Of a DNA stretch of 26,114 bases, positions 10,682-19,276 are shown in pieces. The position numbers and the translations under genes were made by a program. Where the stretch lies: assembly GCA_964247135.1 (NCBI GenBank), contig CAXTTL010000043.1, positions 1 to 26,114 on the forward strand, read 5' to 3'. Numbering within the stretch: position 1 is the stretch's first letter; every line of letters starts with the position of its first letter. Origin of the DNA: an uncultured Deinococcales bacterium. Its GTDB lineage: Bacteria; Deinococcota; Deinococci; Deinococcales; JAAFIG01. Below the pieces are notes generated by a model, which did not search any database, was not told the DNA's origin, and worked only from the letters and a program-made list of their open reading frames with translations.

Positions 10682-11656
10682 ATGAACCGCATCACCAAAG
10701 GTTTACTGACCATCATGGGCATCACCACGCTTGCCGCCATGGGCTTGCAGGCAACACAGGCGCAAGGCAAGACCTACACCATCGGATTCTCGCAACTGGC
10801 ATTTGACGATCCGTGGCGCGTGGCATTCAACAACCAGATGACCAAAGCCGCCGCCAAACACGCCAACTTCAAACTGACCATCGTCAACGCACAACGCGAC
10901 AGTTCCAAACAGATTGCCGATGTCGAAAACCTGATCCAACAAAAAGTGGACGTGCTGATCATCTCGCCAAACGAGGCTGCGCCACTGACCGCGATTGTCA
11001 AAAAAGCCTACGACGGCGGCACACCCGTGATTGTCCTTGACCGCAACGTCCTCGGCGACGCCTACACGATGTTCATCGGCGCGGACAACAAGTTCATCGG
11101 CAAAAAAGCCGGCACATACGTCGCCACCTGGTGTCGCAGCCAAAAACTGATTCCCTGCAACATCCTCGAGGTTTCGGGCTTGTCCGGTTCGACACCAGCC
11201 CAAGAGCGCGGCTCGGGATTCCGTGAGGGCATTCAAAGCAACAAAAACGCCAAAATTGCCGCCAGCGTCACCAGCGAATGGCAAAAAGCCTTGGCTGTGC
11301 CCGCCGCCGCCGCCGCCTTCCAAGCCAACAGCAAAATCAACGTGGTTTACGCCCACAATGACGATTCTGCCGAAGGGGCTTACATTGCCGCCAAGAATGC
11401 CAATTTGGACTTGAAGAAAATGCTGTTCCTGGGCATCGACGGTCTGCCCGACAAGAACGGTTCTATCGTCAGCATTTTGCAAGGTCGTCTGGGCGCGTCG
11501 TTCGTTTATCCAAACGGTGCCGCCGAAGCCATCGAATGGGCTTCTAAGATTCTCGAGAAGGGCGAAAAACCACCCAAGAAAATCACGCTCGGCACCGATG
11601 AGATCAACACCAAAAACGCTTTGGAAATGTGCGCCAAGTACGACTGCGAGAAGTAA
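10682..11656 (+). CDS. Sugar ABC transporter substrate-binding protein (RbsB-like)
   Basis: AAGGAG SD and SPase I-type signal peptide (..QATQAQ). Motifs IGFSQ, KQIADVENL, VDVLIISP, PVIVLDR, IGADN, VYAHND and GIDG. Confidence 0.95.
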   Translation: MNRITKGLLTIMGITTLAAMGLQATQAQGKTYTIGFSQLAFDDPWRVAFNNQMTKAAAKHANFKLTIVNAQRDSSKQIADVENLIQQKVDVLIISPNEAAPLTAIVKKAYDGGTPVIVLDRNVLGDAYTMFIGADNKFIGKKAGTYVATWCRSQKLIPCNILEVSGLSGSTPAQERGSGFREGIQSNKNAKIAASVTSEWQKALAVPAAAAAFQANSKINVVYAHNDDSAEGAYIAAKNANLDLKKMLFLGIDGLPDKNGSIVSILQGRLGASFVYPNGAAEAIEWASKILEKGEKPPKKITLGTDEINTKNALEMCAKYDCEK

Positions 11657-11691
11657 TTTTTCACTGACAACCCTTCTACCTCCTCCCCGCA

Positions 11692-11724
11692 AACCCCGAC
11701 GGAACAATGTCGGGGTTGTTTTTT
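11692..11724 (+). terminator. Intrinsic terminator of the sugar ABC operon
   Basis: AACCCCGAC-8 nt loop-GTCGGGGTT followed by GTTTTTT. Confidence 0.85.
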
Positions 11725-11829
11725 GCATGTCTCGAGAGGGCAGCGTCAAGGCAAACTCGAGGTGGTGAATGTGGGATTTATTGCTCAGTATCGGCATTGT
11801 GATCTGGTCACTTATGTTGCACGTCCTTT

Positions 11830-11956
11830 AAAAGTCAATCCTGACATACTCGTGCCAATAAACCTCAAGGAACTGAAGGCTGGGCATGACAATCAACTGA
11901 AGGCTGGGCATGACAAGCAACTCGAGGCTACTGTCGAGGAATTGGGGATCAAGTAA
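11830..11956 (+). pseudogene. Probable remnant of the C-terminus of an S41-family peptidase
   Basis: Translates KVNPDILVPINLKELKAGHDNQLKAGHDKQLEATVEEL, resembling the PDI.V...G.D.QLE.AVE.L tail of S41 peptidases. No upstream gene body is present. Confidence 0.45.
11871..11929. repeat. 24-bp tandem duplication (two copies plus a partial third)
   Basis: AACTGAAGGCTGGGCATGACAATC / AACTGAAGGCTGGGCATGACAAGC / AACTCGAGGCT. Confidence 0.95.
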
Positions 11957-12088
11957 ACGTTCAAATCATATGGCAACAATACGGTGGCAGTATTTAAGTA
12001 CCTCGAGAAACCCTAAGAAGACTGGCTTCCGTTCAGCCATGCCCTTTTAAAGCATGTCCGAATATTTTTGAACACCGTCGCTCGAGCC

Positions 12089-12832
12089 TCACAACCGTCC
12101 AGCTTCAATAATGCTTTTCAAAAATTGTTGCGTTCGTTCGTTTTGTGGGTCACTAAAAATCTGTGCTGGCGCTCCCTCTTCATGCACCACGCCGTTGTAC
12201 AAAAAGCAGACCTTGCTCGAGACTTCCTTGGCAAAGCCCATCTCGTGGGTTGCCAGCAGCATGGTCATGCCCTCGTGCGCCAGTTCGCGGACAATGTTTA
12301 AAACCTCACTCACCAGTTCTGGGTCGAGCGCCGAGGTGATTTCGTCTAACAGCATCACCATCGGTTCCATCGCCAGGGCGCGAGCAATGGCGATGCGCTG
12401 TTGCTGCCCGCCCGAAAGCTGATCGGGGTAAGAGAGCGCCTTGTGATCCATCCTGACGCGTTTCAGAAGCTCGAGGGCGCGTTGTTCGGACTCCAATTTG
12501 GACATTTTTAAAACCTGTCGCGGCGCGAGGGTCAAATTGTCCATGACGTTCATGTGCGGGAAGAGGTTAAAGCTCTGAAACACAATGCCCACATCGCGGC
12601 GCAAACGGTTGACATCGACGCCAGGACCTGACACGCGGTCATCGTTGATCCGAATTTCGCCACCCGTGATGTCCTCGAGTCCGTTGATGCAGCGCAAGAG
12701 CGTGCTTTTGCCGCAGCCCGAAGGTCCGATCAGGCACACGACCTGATGCTCCTCGACGTTTAAATTGATACCGCGCAACACCTCGACGTTGCCGTAACGC
12801 TTGTGAACATCGTTGATCTCGAGAAAACTCAT
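12089..12832 (-). CDS. Polar amino-acid ABC transporter ATP-binding protein (GlnQ-like)
   Basis: GPSGCGKS, VFQSFNLFPH, YPDQLSGGQQQR, LDEITSALDPELV and THEMGFA. Confidence 0.96.
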   Translation of the reverse strand: MSFLEINDVHKRYGNVEVLRGINLNVEEHQVVCLIGPSGCGKSTLLRCINGLEDITGGEIRINDDRVSGPGVDVNRLRRDVGIVFQSFNLFPHMNVMDNLTLAPRQVLKMSKLESEQRALELLKRVRMDHKALSYPDQLSGGQQQRIAIARALAMEPMVMLLDEITSALDPELVSEVLNIVRELAHEGMTMLLATHEMGFAKEVSSKVCFLYNGVVHEEGAPAQIFSDPQNERTQQFLKSIIEAGRL

Positions 12833-13959
12833 CGTGCTCCCCTGGTTTTTTTGGCGTCATGCTCGAGCATCCTGTCCACAAAACGGGCTTGGGGAATGGT
12901 GATGATGACGAACAAAAACGCGACGATGGTGACGGTGGAGAGGTTAAAGTAATTGCTGGCGAGCATTTTGGATTGGTTGAACGCGTCAATCGTACCGATG
13001 ACGTTGACCAAAGCGGTGTCTTTTTGCAAGCCAATAAAGTCGTTCAACAGCGGTGGGATGATGCGCCGAATGGCTTGCGGCACAATCACAAAACGCATGG
13101 TTTGGGTGAACGAAAGCCCCAAGCTTCGCGCGGCGGCAAACTGGCTGGGGTGAATGCTCTCGATGCCGGCGCGGTAGACCTCGGCGACGTATGCGCCGTA
13201 AGTTAAGGTCAGGGCGATGATTGCCCAGAGGGTGGTCAGGTCGTCGATGCCAAATTTGGCTTGCAAAAAAGAACTGATGCCGTCGGTCAAACCCGTGAGC
13301 GGCAAACCGAAACCTACCAGGTAAATCGTAATGATGCTCGGCAAACCGCGAAAGGCATCGGTGTACAAGGTCGCCAGCAAACGAATCGGCTGCCCTGCGC
13401 GACCTGGAATCATGCGGGCAATCGCCACAACCAGCGCCCAGACCAAAATCAAAACCTCGGCGATGCAAAAAATAATCACGTTGGTCATGAAGGCTTTCAA
13501 GACCAGACCGAACTTATCAATAATCAATGACATTTTAAAAAACGTGCTGCCCACCGCAACATCGTTGGTGATCAAAAACCAAACCCCAAGCGCGGTCAAC
13601 ACCGCAAACACGCCGTAACCGAGCGCGAACCAACTCGAGCTTTGGGCGCTGGCGGTCCGAACTCGAGCGGTGATCAAATCGTTTTGGCGCAGTGCAGATT
13701 GGGCTTCTCTGGCTTCGCGCACCCCTCGGATGGCGGGAACGAACAACGCCAACGGAATCAAGCCCACCAGCACCATGATCGCGTCGAACAAACCAGAAGC
13801 AATTTTGTTTTTCTCAAGCGTGAAGCGTAAAAATTGCAGCACCGCCCAGCAAATCAGTACAGTTAAAGCGCACAAACCCACTGCCAGCAAGGAAAACGGC
13901 AGCACGTTTGGTGGTATTGAAGGTTTGCGAAAACGCGACGCTCGAGCCGAGTCATTCAT
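12829..13959 (-). CDS. Polar amino-acid ABC transporter permease with extra N-terminal TM helices (start at 13959 or 13986)
   Basis: FRGLP, AYVAEVYRAGIESI, QFAAARSLG, PQAIRRIIPPL.NDFIGLQKDTAL. 4-nt overlap with the ATPase gene. Confidence 0.93.
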   Translation of the reverse strand: MNDSARASRFRKPSIPPNVLPFSLLAVGLCALTVLICWAVLQFLRFTLEKNKIASGLFDAIMVLVGLIPLALFVPAIRGVREAREAQSALRQNDLITARVRTASAQSSSWFALGYGVFAVLTALGVWFLITNDVAVGSTFFKMSLIIDKFGLVLKAFMTNVIIFCIAEVLILVWALVVAIARMIPGRAGQPIRLLATLYTDAFRGLPSIITIYLVGFGLPLTGLTDGISSFLQAKFGIDDLTTLWAIIALTLTYGAYVAEVYRAGIESIHPSQFAAARSLGLSFTQTMRFVIVPQAIRRIIPPLLNDFIGLQKDTALVNVIGTIDAFNQSKMLASNYFNLSTVTIVAFLFVIITIPQARFVDRMLEHDAKKTRGAR

Positions 13960-14057
13960 GCTGACCCGCCCGGAGCTGAAGATCATTCGGTTTTAGGGTC
14001 TTCATGTTGCCAAGAGTTTTACCATGAATTGAATCATGCCATCAAAACTCGAGCATC

Positions 14058-14093
14058 AAAAACCCCCAATCCGATCACTCGAGATTGGGGGTT
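14058..14093 (-). terminator. Terminator-like hairpin between the SBP and permease genes
   Basis: Minus strand reads AACCCCCAATC-11 nt-GATTGGGGGTT-TTT. CTCGAG 14078-14083 lies at the stem-loop junction. Confidence 0.75.
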
Positions 14094-14114
14094 GTCCTCA
14101 TTGCCAATTGCTTC

Positions 14115-14963
14115 TTACGGACGGAAGTACTTGATCGCCATTGGGTCGATGTTCATGTATTTCGCCACGAGTTTGCGCACGGTTGAATCTTTGATCAGGG
14201 TTTCGATGACTTTGTTAATCGCCTTATTGTTGGCATTGCCCTTCGGGAACAACGCACCGTAAGCCTCACCGGTTTTGTACTGGGCAACCACTTCAAATTT
14301 GCCGTTTGATTGTCTGGCTTGCGCCATCAAAATTGAGGTGTCGGTCATGGCAAGGTCAATCTGACCCGCTTGCAGGGCAGCGAACATGCTTGGGGTGTCG
14401 GGGAAAACCTTGACCTTGGCAATTTTTAAGGTTTTATTGGCGAACGAGTCGCCGGTGGTGCCCTGTTGCACGCCCCAACGCAAACCTTTGATGCTTTTCT
14501 CGTCCACTTTCTTGCCTTTTTTGACCATGATGCCGGCGTCGCTGGTAAAGTACGGCGTGCTGAACTCCACAACCTTTTGGCGTTCTTTGGTGATCGAAAT
14601 TTGCGAAAGCGCCAAATCGAAATCCTTGGTTTGACCCGCCACCAGACCATCCCAAGCCACGTTTTTGACCACCAGTTTCTCGAGTCCCAAACGGTGCGCG
14701 ATGTTGGCGGCAAAGCAGTACTCAACACCGTCTTTGATGGTTTCTGGCGTGTCGCCATTGTACCAACCTGGAGCCGGCAAGTTGACTTCGACAGTCAATT
14801 GACCCGCCACGGCTGGCGTGAACTTGGCAGGATCACCCATTTTGCCCGTGACCGCGCAATTGCCGTACTTGGAAGCCGCCATTGCGTCCTGGGCGCTCGA
14901 GAGACCCAAACCTATGGCAGTCACCGCTGCCAAACCCAAAGCCATTAACACTTTCGTTTTCAT
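14115..14963 (-). CDS. Polar amino-acid ABC transporter substrate-binding protein (family 3)
   Basis: AGGAGG SD and signal peptide. Motifs WDGLVAG, FDLALSQISITKERQKVVEFSTPYF, GVQQGTT and LQAGQID. Confidence 0.95.
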   Translation of the reverse strand: MKTKVLMALGLAAVTAIGLGLSSAQDAMAASKYGNCAVTGKMGDPAKFTPAVAGQLTVEVNLPAPGWYNGDTPETIKDGVEYCFAANIAHRLGLEKLVVKNVAWDGLVAGQTKDFDLALSQISITKERQKVVEFSTPYFTSDAGIMVKKGKKVDEKSIKGLRWGVQQGTTGDSFANKTLKIAKVKVFPDTPSMFAALQAGQIDLAMTDTSILMAQARQSNGKFEVVAQYKTGEAYGALFPKGNANNKAINKVIETLIKDSTVRKLVAKYMNIDPMAIKYFRP

Positions 14964-15106
14964 GTCATTCCTCCTGTAGAAACTGCCCGCTCAGGATACT
15001 CGGATTCTCGAGCGGGCGCAATCAAGTACGTAAAGCTTGAGATACAAGCTCGAGTAGGGTTCGCCATACGCACGGTTGAAGACGTGCGCAACTCGAGTTG
15101 TAGGTT

Positions 15107-16204
15107 TTATTCTTGTTGCAGTGCGTTCGAGAGCAACGTATGAAAGTGATGCACGCCCTGCTCCCGTTTGGGGCTGAAGCGCCCCGTGTTGTAAAACCGT
15201 GATTTGACCCCGCGTTGCACCGCTTCGACAATCACTTCATCCTCGCGCTCAACGCGGTCAAGCCTCGCACCTGCGCCCTGCCCGTATTTTTTGGCATCCC
15301 AGACGTACTGAATAAAACTGACTTTGGTCAGTTCTTGCCCAAGTGGGCGCACGACGTTGATGCTGACGCCCCAAGGGTAAAAGTTAAACATCAGGTTCGG
15401 GAAGACCCAGAAATAATAGGCGGCAATCCGTTTGCCGTAATCTGGACTTTCTGGCGGCAGATCAAACACCAGATCATCACCGCCAGCAGGCGCGAGTTGC
15501 AAATTGCAATGTGAAAAAATTTCGGAGCTGTAATTTTCGTAATCGATCAGCGAATTTAAGCTGGCATGAACGAACGGAATGTGAAACCCCTCGAGGTAAT
15601 TGTCGCAGTACAGCGCCCAGTTGGCTTGAATCAAGTAATCGCGTCCGTAATCAGGCTCGAGCAAGAAGTCTTGCAGCGGCAACCATCCCAGGCGGTCATT
15701 GATGGGTTTCATGACCTCTTCAAAGCTCACGCTTGGGTCTAGGCTCGAGAATAAGAACTTGCCTTTGCCCCAGGTGGCAAAGGGTACTTTTGCCAGGTTG
15801 TCGCTGGGGCTGGGGAAGTTTTTGGCTTGCTCGAACTCGGGCATGGCTTGAAAGCAACCGTCCAAGCCGTAACGCCGCCCGTGGTAGCGGCAGCGCAAGA
15901 AACGGTCGTTGCCGCCCGTTTCGGCAACCAACATGCTGCGGTGGGTGCAAACGTTACTTAAAACATGAAGTTCGTCGTTGAAGTCCCTGGTGGCGAGCAA
16001 AGGCTCGTCGAGGCAACCCTCGAGCAGCGTGAACGGCGCGACAGAACCTGGGGCTTTAAGGTGGTCGGTGTCGCCAACAAATTGCCAGGAACGGGCAAAA
16101 ACTTTTTCTCTCACCAGTTCAAAAGTGCTTGGGTCTTTGTAAAAACTGGCGGGCAGCGTGCTGGCGGCGGTGATATCGGGGTTAACGGCAAAACGGTTTG
16201 ACAT
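15107..16204 (-). CDS. Rieske non-heme iron oxygenase alpha subunit (choline monooxygenase-like)
   Basis: GGAGGT SD precedes ATG 16204. Rieske ligands NVCTHR...CRYHG, mononuclear Fe motif DNYLEGFHIPFVH...ED, plus FPNLMFN and EQGVHHFH. Confidence 0.93.
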   Translation of the reverse strand: MSNRFAVNPDITAASTLPASFYKDPSTFELVREKVFARSWQFVGDTDHLKAPGSVAPFTLLEGCLDEPLLATRDFNDELHVLSNVCTHRSMLVAETGGNDRFLRCRYHGRRYGLDGCFQAMPEFEQAKNFPSPSDNLAKVPFATWGKGKFLFSSLDPSVSFEEVMKPINDRLGWLPLQDFLLEPDYGRDYLIQANWALYCDNYLEGFHIPFVHASLNSLIDYENYSSEIFSHCNLQLAPAGGDDLVFDLPPESPDYGKRIAAYYFWVFPNLMFNFYPWGVSINVVRPLGQELTKVSFIQYVWDAKKYGQGAGARLDRVEREDEVIVEAVQRGVKSRFYNTGRFSPKREQGVHHFHTLLSNALQQE

Positions 16205-16442
16205 GGCAAAACCTCCAAATGAAAGAAGCTCGAGAAGCGTTGACGGTTTTTCAGTCCGGTCAGCGTGCCACGAAACCATTTGGCAGCAAATCCAAACCCC
16301 AAGATTGATGCGGGCTGTGCCGTTCACAAAATGGCAGGTTTTGATTGTTCATTGCCATCCTTGAGTTGCTGTTTTGATTCTACTCGAGTGATTTGAGAAT
16401 GTCTTGTCAAACTCGAGATTCAAGAAATTTTTCTCAGTGGTT

Positions 16443-16796
16443 TCAGGTATTTGCAGGCATTTCATTGCCAGTTGCATATTCTGTAAACTGTCTTTTGTAA
16501 GGCGCGTGAAAACCCACCACAATTCTATTTTTTGGAATTCCTTGATCGCATAAAGCCTGCACAATGTTAACATCGGTGTTATCACGTTGTACCCAAACAA
16601 AATCACCTTTGATGTCAATATGCACCACAACTCCATGGGTGCGATGCAATTCGTCCCAGCCGACATTGAGCATCAGATAATGACCGTTGCGATCATCCAT
16701 GACCACTTGTTCTTCAATTTTTTCATGCGCTTCTCTTGGTTGCGTCAGTTGCTCGAAAACCCGATGAACCGCCAATTGCGTTTTGGTTAAAGCCAT
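16443..16796 (-). CDS. xisI: XisI-family protein
   Basis: DDRNGHYLMLNVGWD..R.HG.VVHIDIKG..VW.Q.DNT...GIPKNRIVVGFH.PYKRQFTEYA. Overlaps the xisH stop. Confidence 0.93.
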   Translation of the reverse strand: MALTKTQLAVHRVFEQLTQPREAHEKIEEQVVMDDRNGHYLMLNVGWDELHRTHGVVVHIDIKGDFVWVQRDNTDVNIVQALCDQGIPKNRIVVGFHAPYKRQFTEYATGNEMPANT

Positions 16797-17200
16797 TTCT
16801 CGATCACCTCTGCCATTGGATTGTAGACCAAAAGCGCGATTTTGTATTGTGCTACGAGTTCCTGAGTCAGTCTTTCTTGAAAAAATGTTTCAAAAGTATC
16901 AAGCGGCACGGCAAGGTATAAAACCCGTTCTGGCTCAATATTTGAAAGCATCAGTTTGTACGTCAAAAACTGTCCAAGTGCTGTGTGAAATTCGTAAGTA
17001 TCAGATTCGGCAATAAAGCTTTTAATCTCGACTGCAATAAATTGGTCATCACGTTCAGCAGCAATCAAACGCTCTGCACCAAGATCAACGTAATATGTTT
17101 TCTCTTCGTATCTTAACTTCAATGGGTCTTTGTTAACATTCCAGCCGTCTTTTTCAAGAGCACGTTTGACCGCGTTGTGAAAAACATCCTTTTTCGGCAT
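16787..17200 (-). CDS. xisH: XisH-family protein (PD-(D/E)xK nuclease-like fold)
   Basis: KDVFHNAVKRALEKDGW..DPL..YVDLGAERLIAAER..IAVEIKSF..FHTALGQF..EPERVLYLAVP. Confidence 0.95.
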   Translation of the reverse strand: MPKKDVFHNAVKRALEKDGWNVNKDPLKLRYEEKTYYVDLGAERLIAAERDDQFIAVEIKSFIAESDTYEFHTALGQFLTYKLMLSNIEPERVLYLAVPLDTFETFFQERLTQELVAQYKIALLVYNPMAEVIEKWL

Positions 17201-17227
17201 GACAATATTTTACTCGACACTCGAGGT

Positions 17228-19276
17228 TCAAGAAACCTTGCTCAGTTGCTTGATGTCTTTCAATGAGGTCATTGCCACGGTGTTGTTGGTTTCTTCGCCC
17301 GCGCCACTGAATTGCGCGGCGTATAACCTCGAATACGCTCCTCGAGCCGCCAGCAATTGCTCGTGCGTGCCTTGTTCGACAATCTGCCCAGCTTCCATCA
17401 CCAGAATCAAATCGGCATCGCGGATGGTTGAAAGGCGGTGCGCGATCACAAAACTGGTGCGGTCCGAACGCAGCGCATTCATGGCTTTTTGCACCAACAA
17501 CTCTGTGCGGGTGTCCACCGAGGAGGTCGCCTCGTCCAGGATCAGCAAATCGGGGTTTGAAAGAAATGCTCGAGCGATGGTCAGCAGTTGCTTTTCGCCC
17601 GCGCTGATGTTGCTGGCTTCATCGTCCAAACGGGTTTGATAACCATCTGGCAGGGCGTGAACAAAACGATCCACAAAGGTCGCTCGAGCCGCCGCCATCA
17701 CCTCGGCTTCGGTTGCGTCAGGTTTGCCGTAAGCGAGGTTTTCAAAAATTGTCCCAGCGAACAACCAGGTGTCTTGCAAGACCATGCCGATTTTTGATCG
17801 CAAGTCTTTGCGAGCCATTTCGGTGATGTTGACCCCGTCGAGTGTGATGCGCCCAGCGCTCAGTTCGTAAAAACGCATGATCAGGTTGACCAGTGTGGTT
17901 TTTCCTGCGCCCGTCGGACCGACAATCGCCACGGTCTGCCCTGGTTGAACCGATAAATTCAGGTGTTGGATCAGCGGTTTGGCAGGGTCATACGAAAAAC
18001 TGACATCCTCGAAACGCACTTGACCGCGCACGCCAACGTTCGTGGCGGCTCGAGTTTGGCTGGTGTCAGGATTTTGCTCGGTGGCATCGAGCACTTGAAA
18101 CACGCGCTCTGCCGAGGCGACACCAGATTGCAATAGATTTGCCATCGAAGCCATCTGTGTTAAGGGTTGTGTGAATTGTCTCGAGTATTGAATGAAGGCT
18201 TGAACGCCACCGATGGTCATGGCGCCGGAAGCGACCCGCAAACCGCCAACCACGGCGATGGCGACGTAATTGAGATTTCCCAAAAAGGTCATGGCGGGCA
18301 TGATGATACCCGAAATAAATTGCGCCCCGAACGCCGCGCCGAACAGGTCATCGTTTTTGATTTTGAAGGTCGCGTCCGCCTCGCGTTGACGCCCAAACAC
18401 CTTGACCAGACCGTGACCGGTAAAGGTCTCTTCGATCAAACCGTTTAACTCGCCAGTGTTACGCCATTGTTTGACAAATAGCTTTTGTGATCTCGAGGCG
18501 ATACCGCCAGCCAGCACCATTGACAGCGGAATCGTGACCAGCGCGATCAGTGCCAGCAACCACGAGATGCTGAACATCATGCCGACCATCGCAATGACGG
18601 TCAAGAAAGAAACCATCAATTGCGAGAGCGTCTGCTGCAAACTCGTGCCGACGTTGTCCACATCGTTGGTGACACGACTGAGCAACTCACCTCGAGGTTG
18701 ACCGTCGATGTAGGGCAGCGGCAAGGTGTTGAGTTTTTGCGCGACATCGGCGCGAAGTTTGTACACCGTGGATTGAATCACGCCCGCCAGCAGATAGCCG
18801 GACAGCCATTGCAGCGCCGCCGAAATCAGGTACAAACCCATCGCCAGCAGCAAGACTTGACCCAAGGCATTCATGTCGATGCCCTTTCCAGGCACAATGT
18901 CCATGCCCTGAAGCACATCGGCGATTCTGGTTTGACCCGAAGCCCGCATTCCTGCCAGCACCGATTCTTTGGTCGCGCCAGCGGGCAGTTTTCCGCCAAT
19001 AAACCCAGAAAAAATCAGATCGGTGGCGCGACCCAAAATCTTTGGACCGACCGAGGTCATGACCACGCTCGAGATTGAGAGCACCAACACCAAAACCACT
19101 TGCGCCCGGTAAGGGGCAAGCCTTGCCAGCAATCGCCGCGCCGACGGACCGAAGTTGCTGGCTTTCTCGGCGGGAGCGCCCATCTGCATGAACGGACCAC
19201 GGCGCACGGCTGCCGGACCGCGACGTGCCTCGGCGGCGCGTTCCTCTTCGCTGCGAACACCTTCACCACGACTCAT
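17228..19276 (-). CDS. ABC exporter fused TMD-NBD subunit with consensus catalytic site (TM288-like)
   Basis: GELLSRVTNDVDN, GPTGAGKTT, ISAGEKQL, LDEATSSVD and IAHRLST. Confidence 0.95.
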   Translation of the reverse strand: MSRGEGVRSEEERAAEARRGPAAVRRGPFMQMGAPAEKASNFGPSARRLLARLAPYRAQVVLVLVLSISSVVMTSVGPKILGRATDLIFSGFIGGKLPAGATKESVLAGMRASGQTRIADVLQGMDIVPGKGIDMNALGQVLLLAMGLYLISAALQWLSGYLLAGVIQSTVYKLRADVAQKLNTLPLPYIDGQPRGELLSRVTNDVDNVGTSLQQTLSQLMVSFLTVIAMVGMMFSISWLLALIALVTIPLSMVLAGGIASRSQKLFVKQWRNTGELNGLIEETFTGHGLVKVFGRQREADATFKIKNDDLFGAAFGAQFISGIIMPAMTFLGNLNYVAIAVVGGLRVASGAMTIGGVQAFIQYSRQFTQPLTQMASMANLLQSGVASAERVFQVLDATEQNPDTSQTRAATNVGVRGQVRFEDVSFSYDPAKPLIQHLNLSVQPGQTVAIVGPTGAGKTTLVNLIMRFYELSAGRITLDGVNITEMARKDLRSKIGMVLQDTWLFAGTIFENLAYGKPDATEAEVMAAARATFVDRFVHALPDGYQTRLDDEASNISAGEKQLLTIARAFLSNPDLLILDEATSSVDTRTELLVQKAMNALRSDRTSFVIAHRLSTIRDADLILVMEAGQIVEQGTHEQLLAARGAYSRLYAAQFSGAGEETNNTVAMTSLKDIKQLSKVS

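Noticed and set aside
10703-11797. 364-aa minus-strand ORF
   Set aside because: Antisense shadow of the RbsB-like SBP gene.
11871-11929. 24-bp repeat as a CRISPR array
   Set aside because: Copies are directly adjacent with no spacers, and no cas genes are present.
14985-15017. GCCCGCTC...GAGCGGGC hairpin upstream of the amino-acid SBP as a riboswitch or terminator
   Set aside because: A single stem with no strong U-tract or recognisable aptamer consensus; at most a stabilising hairpin.
16443-17200. xisHI as evidence of a cyanobacterial host or an excisable fdxN-type element
   Set aside because: No xisF recombinase, nif/fdxN gene or HIP1 GCGATCGC was seen, and the pair differs compositionally from its flanks.
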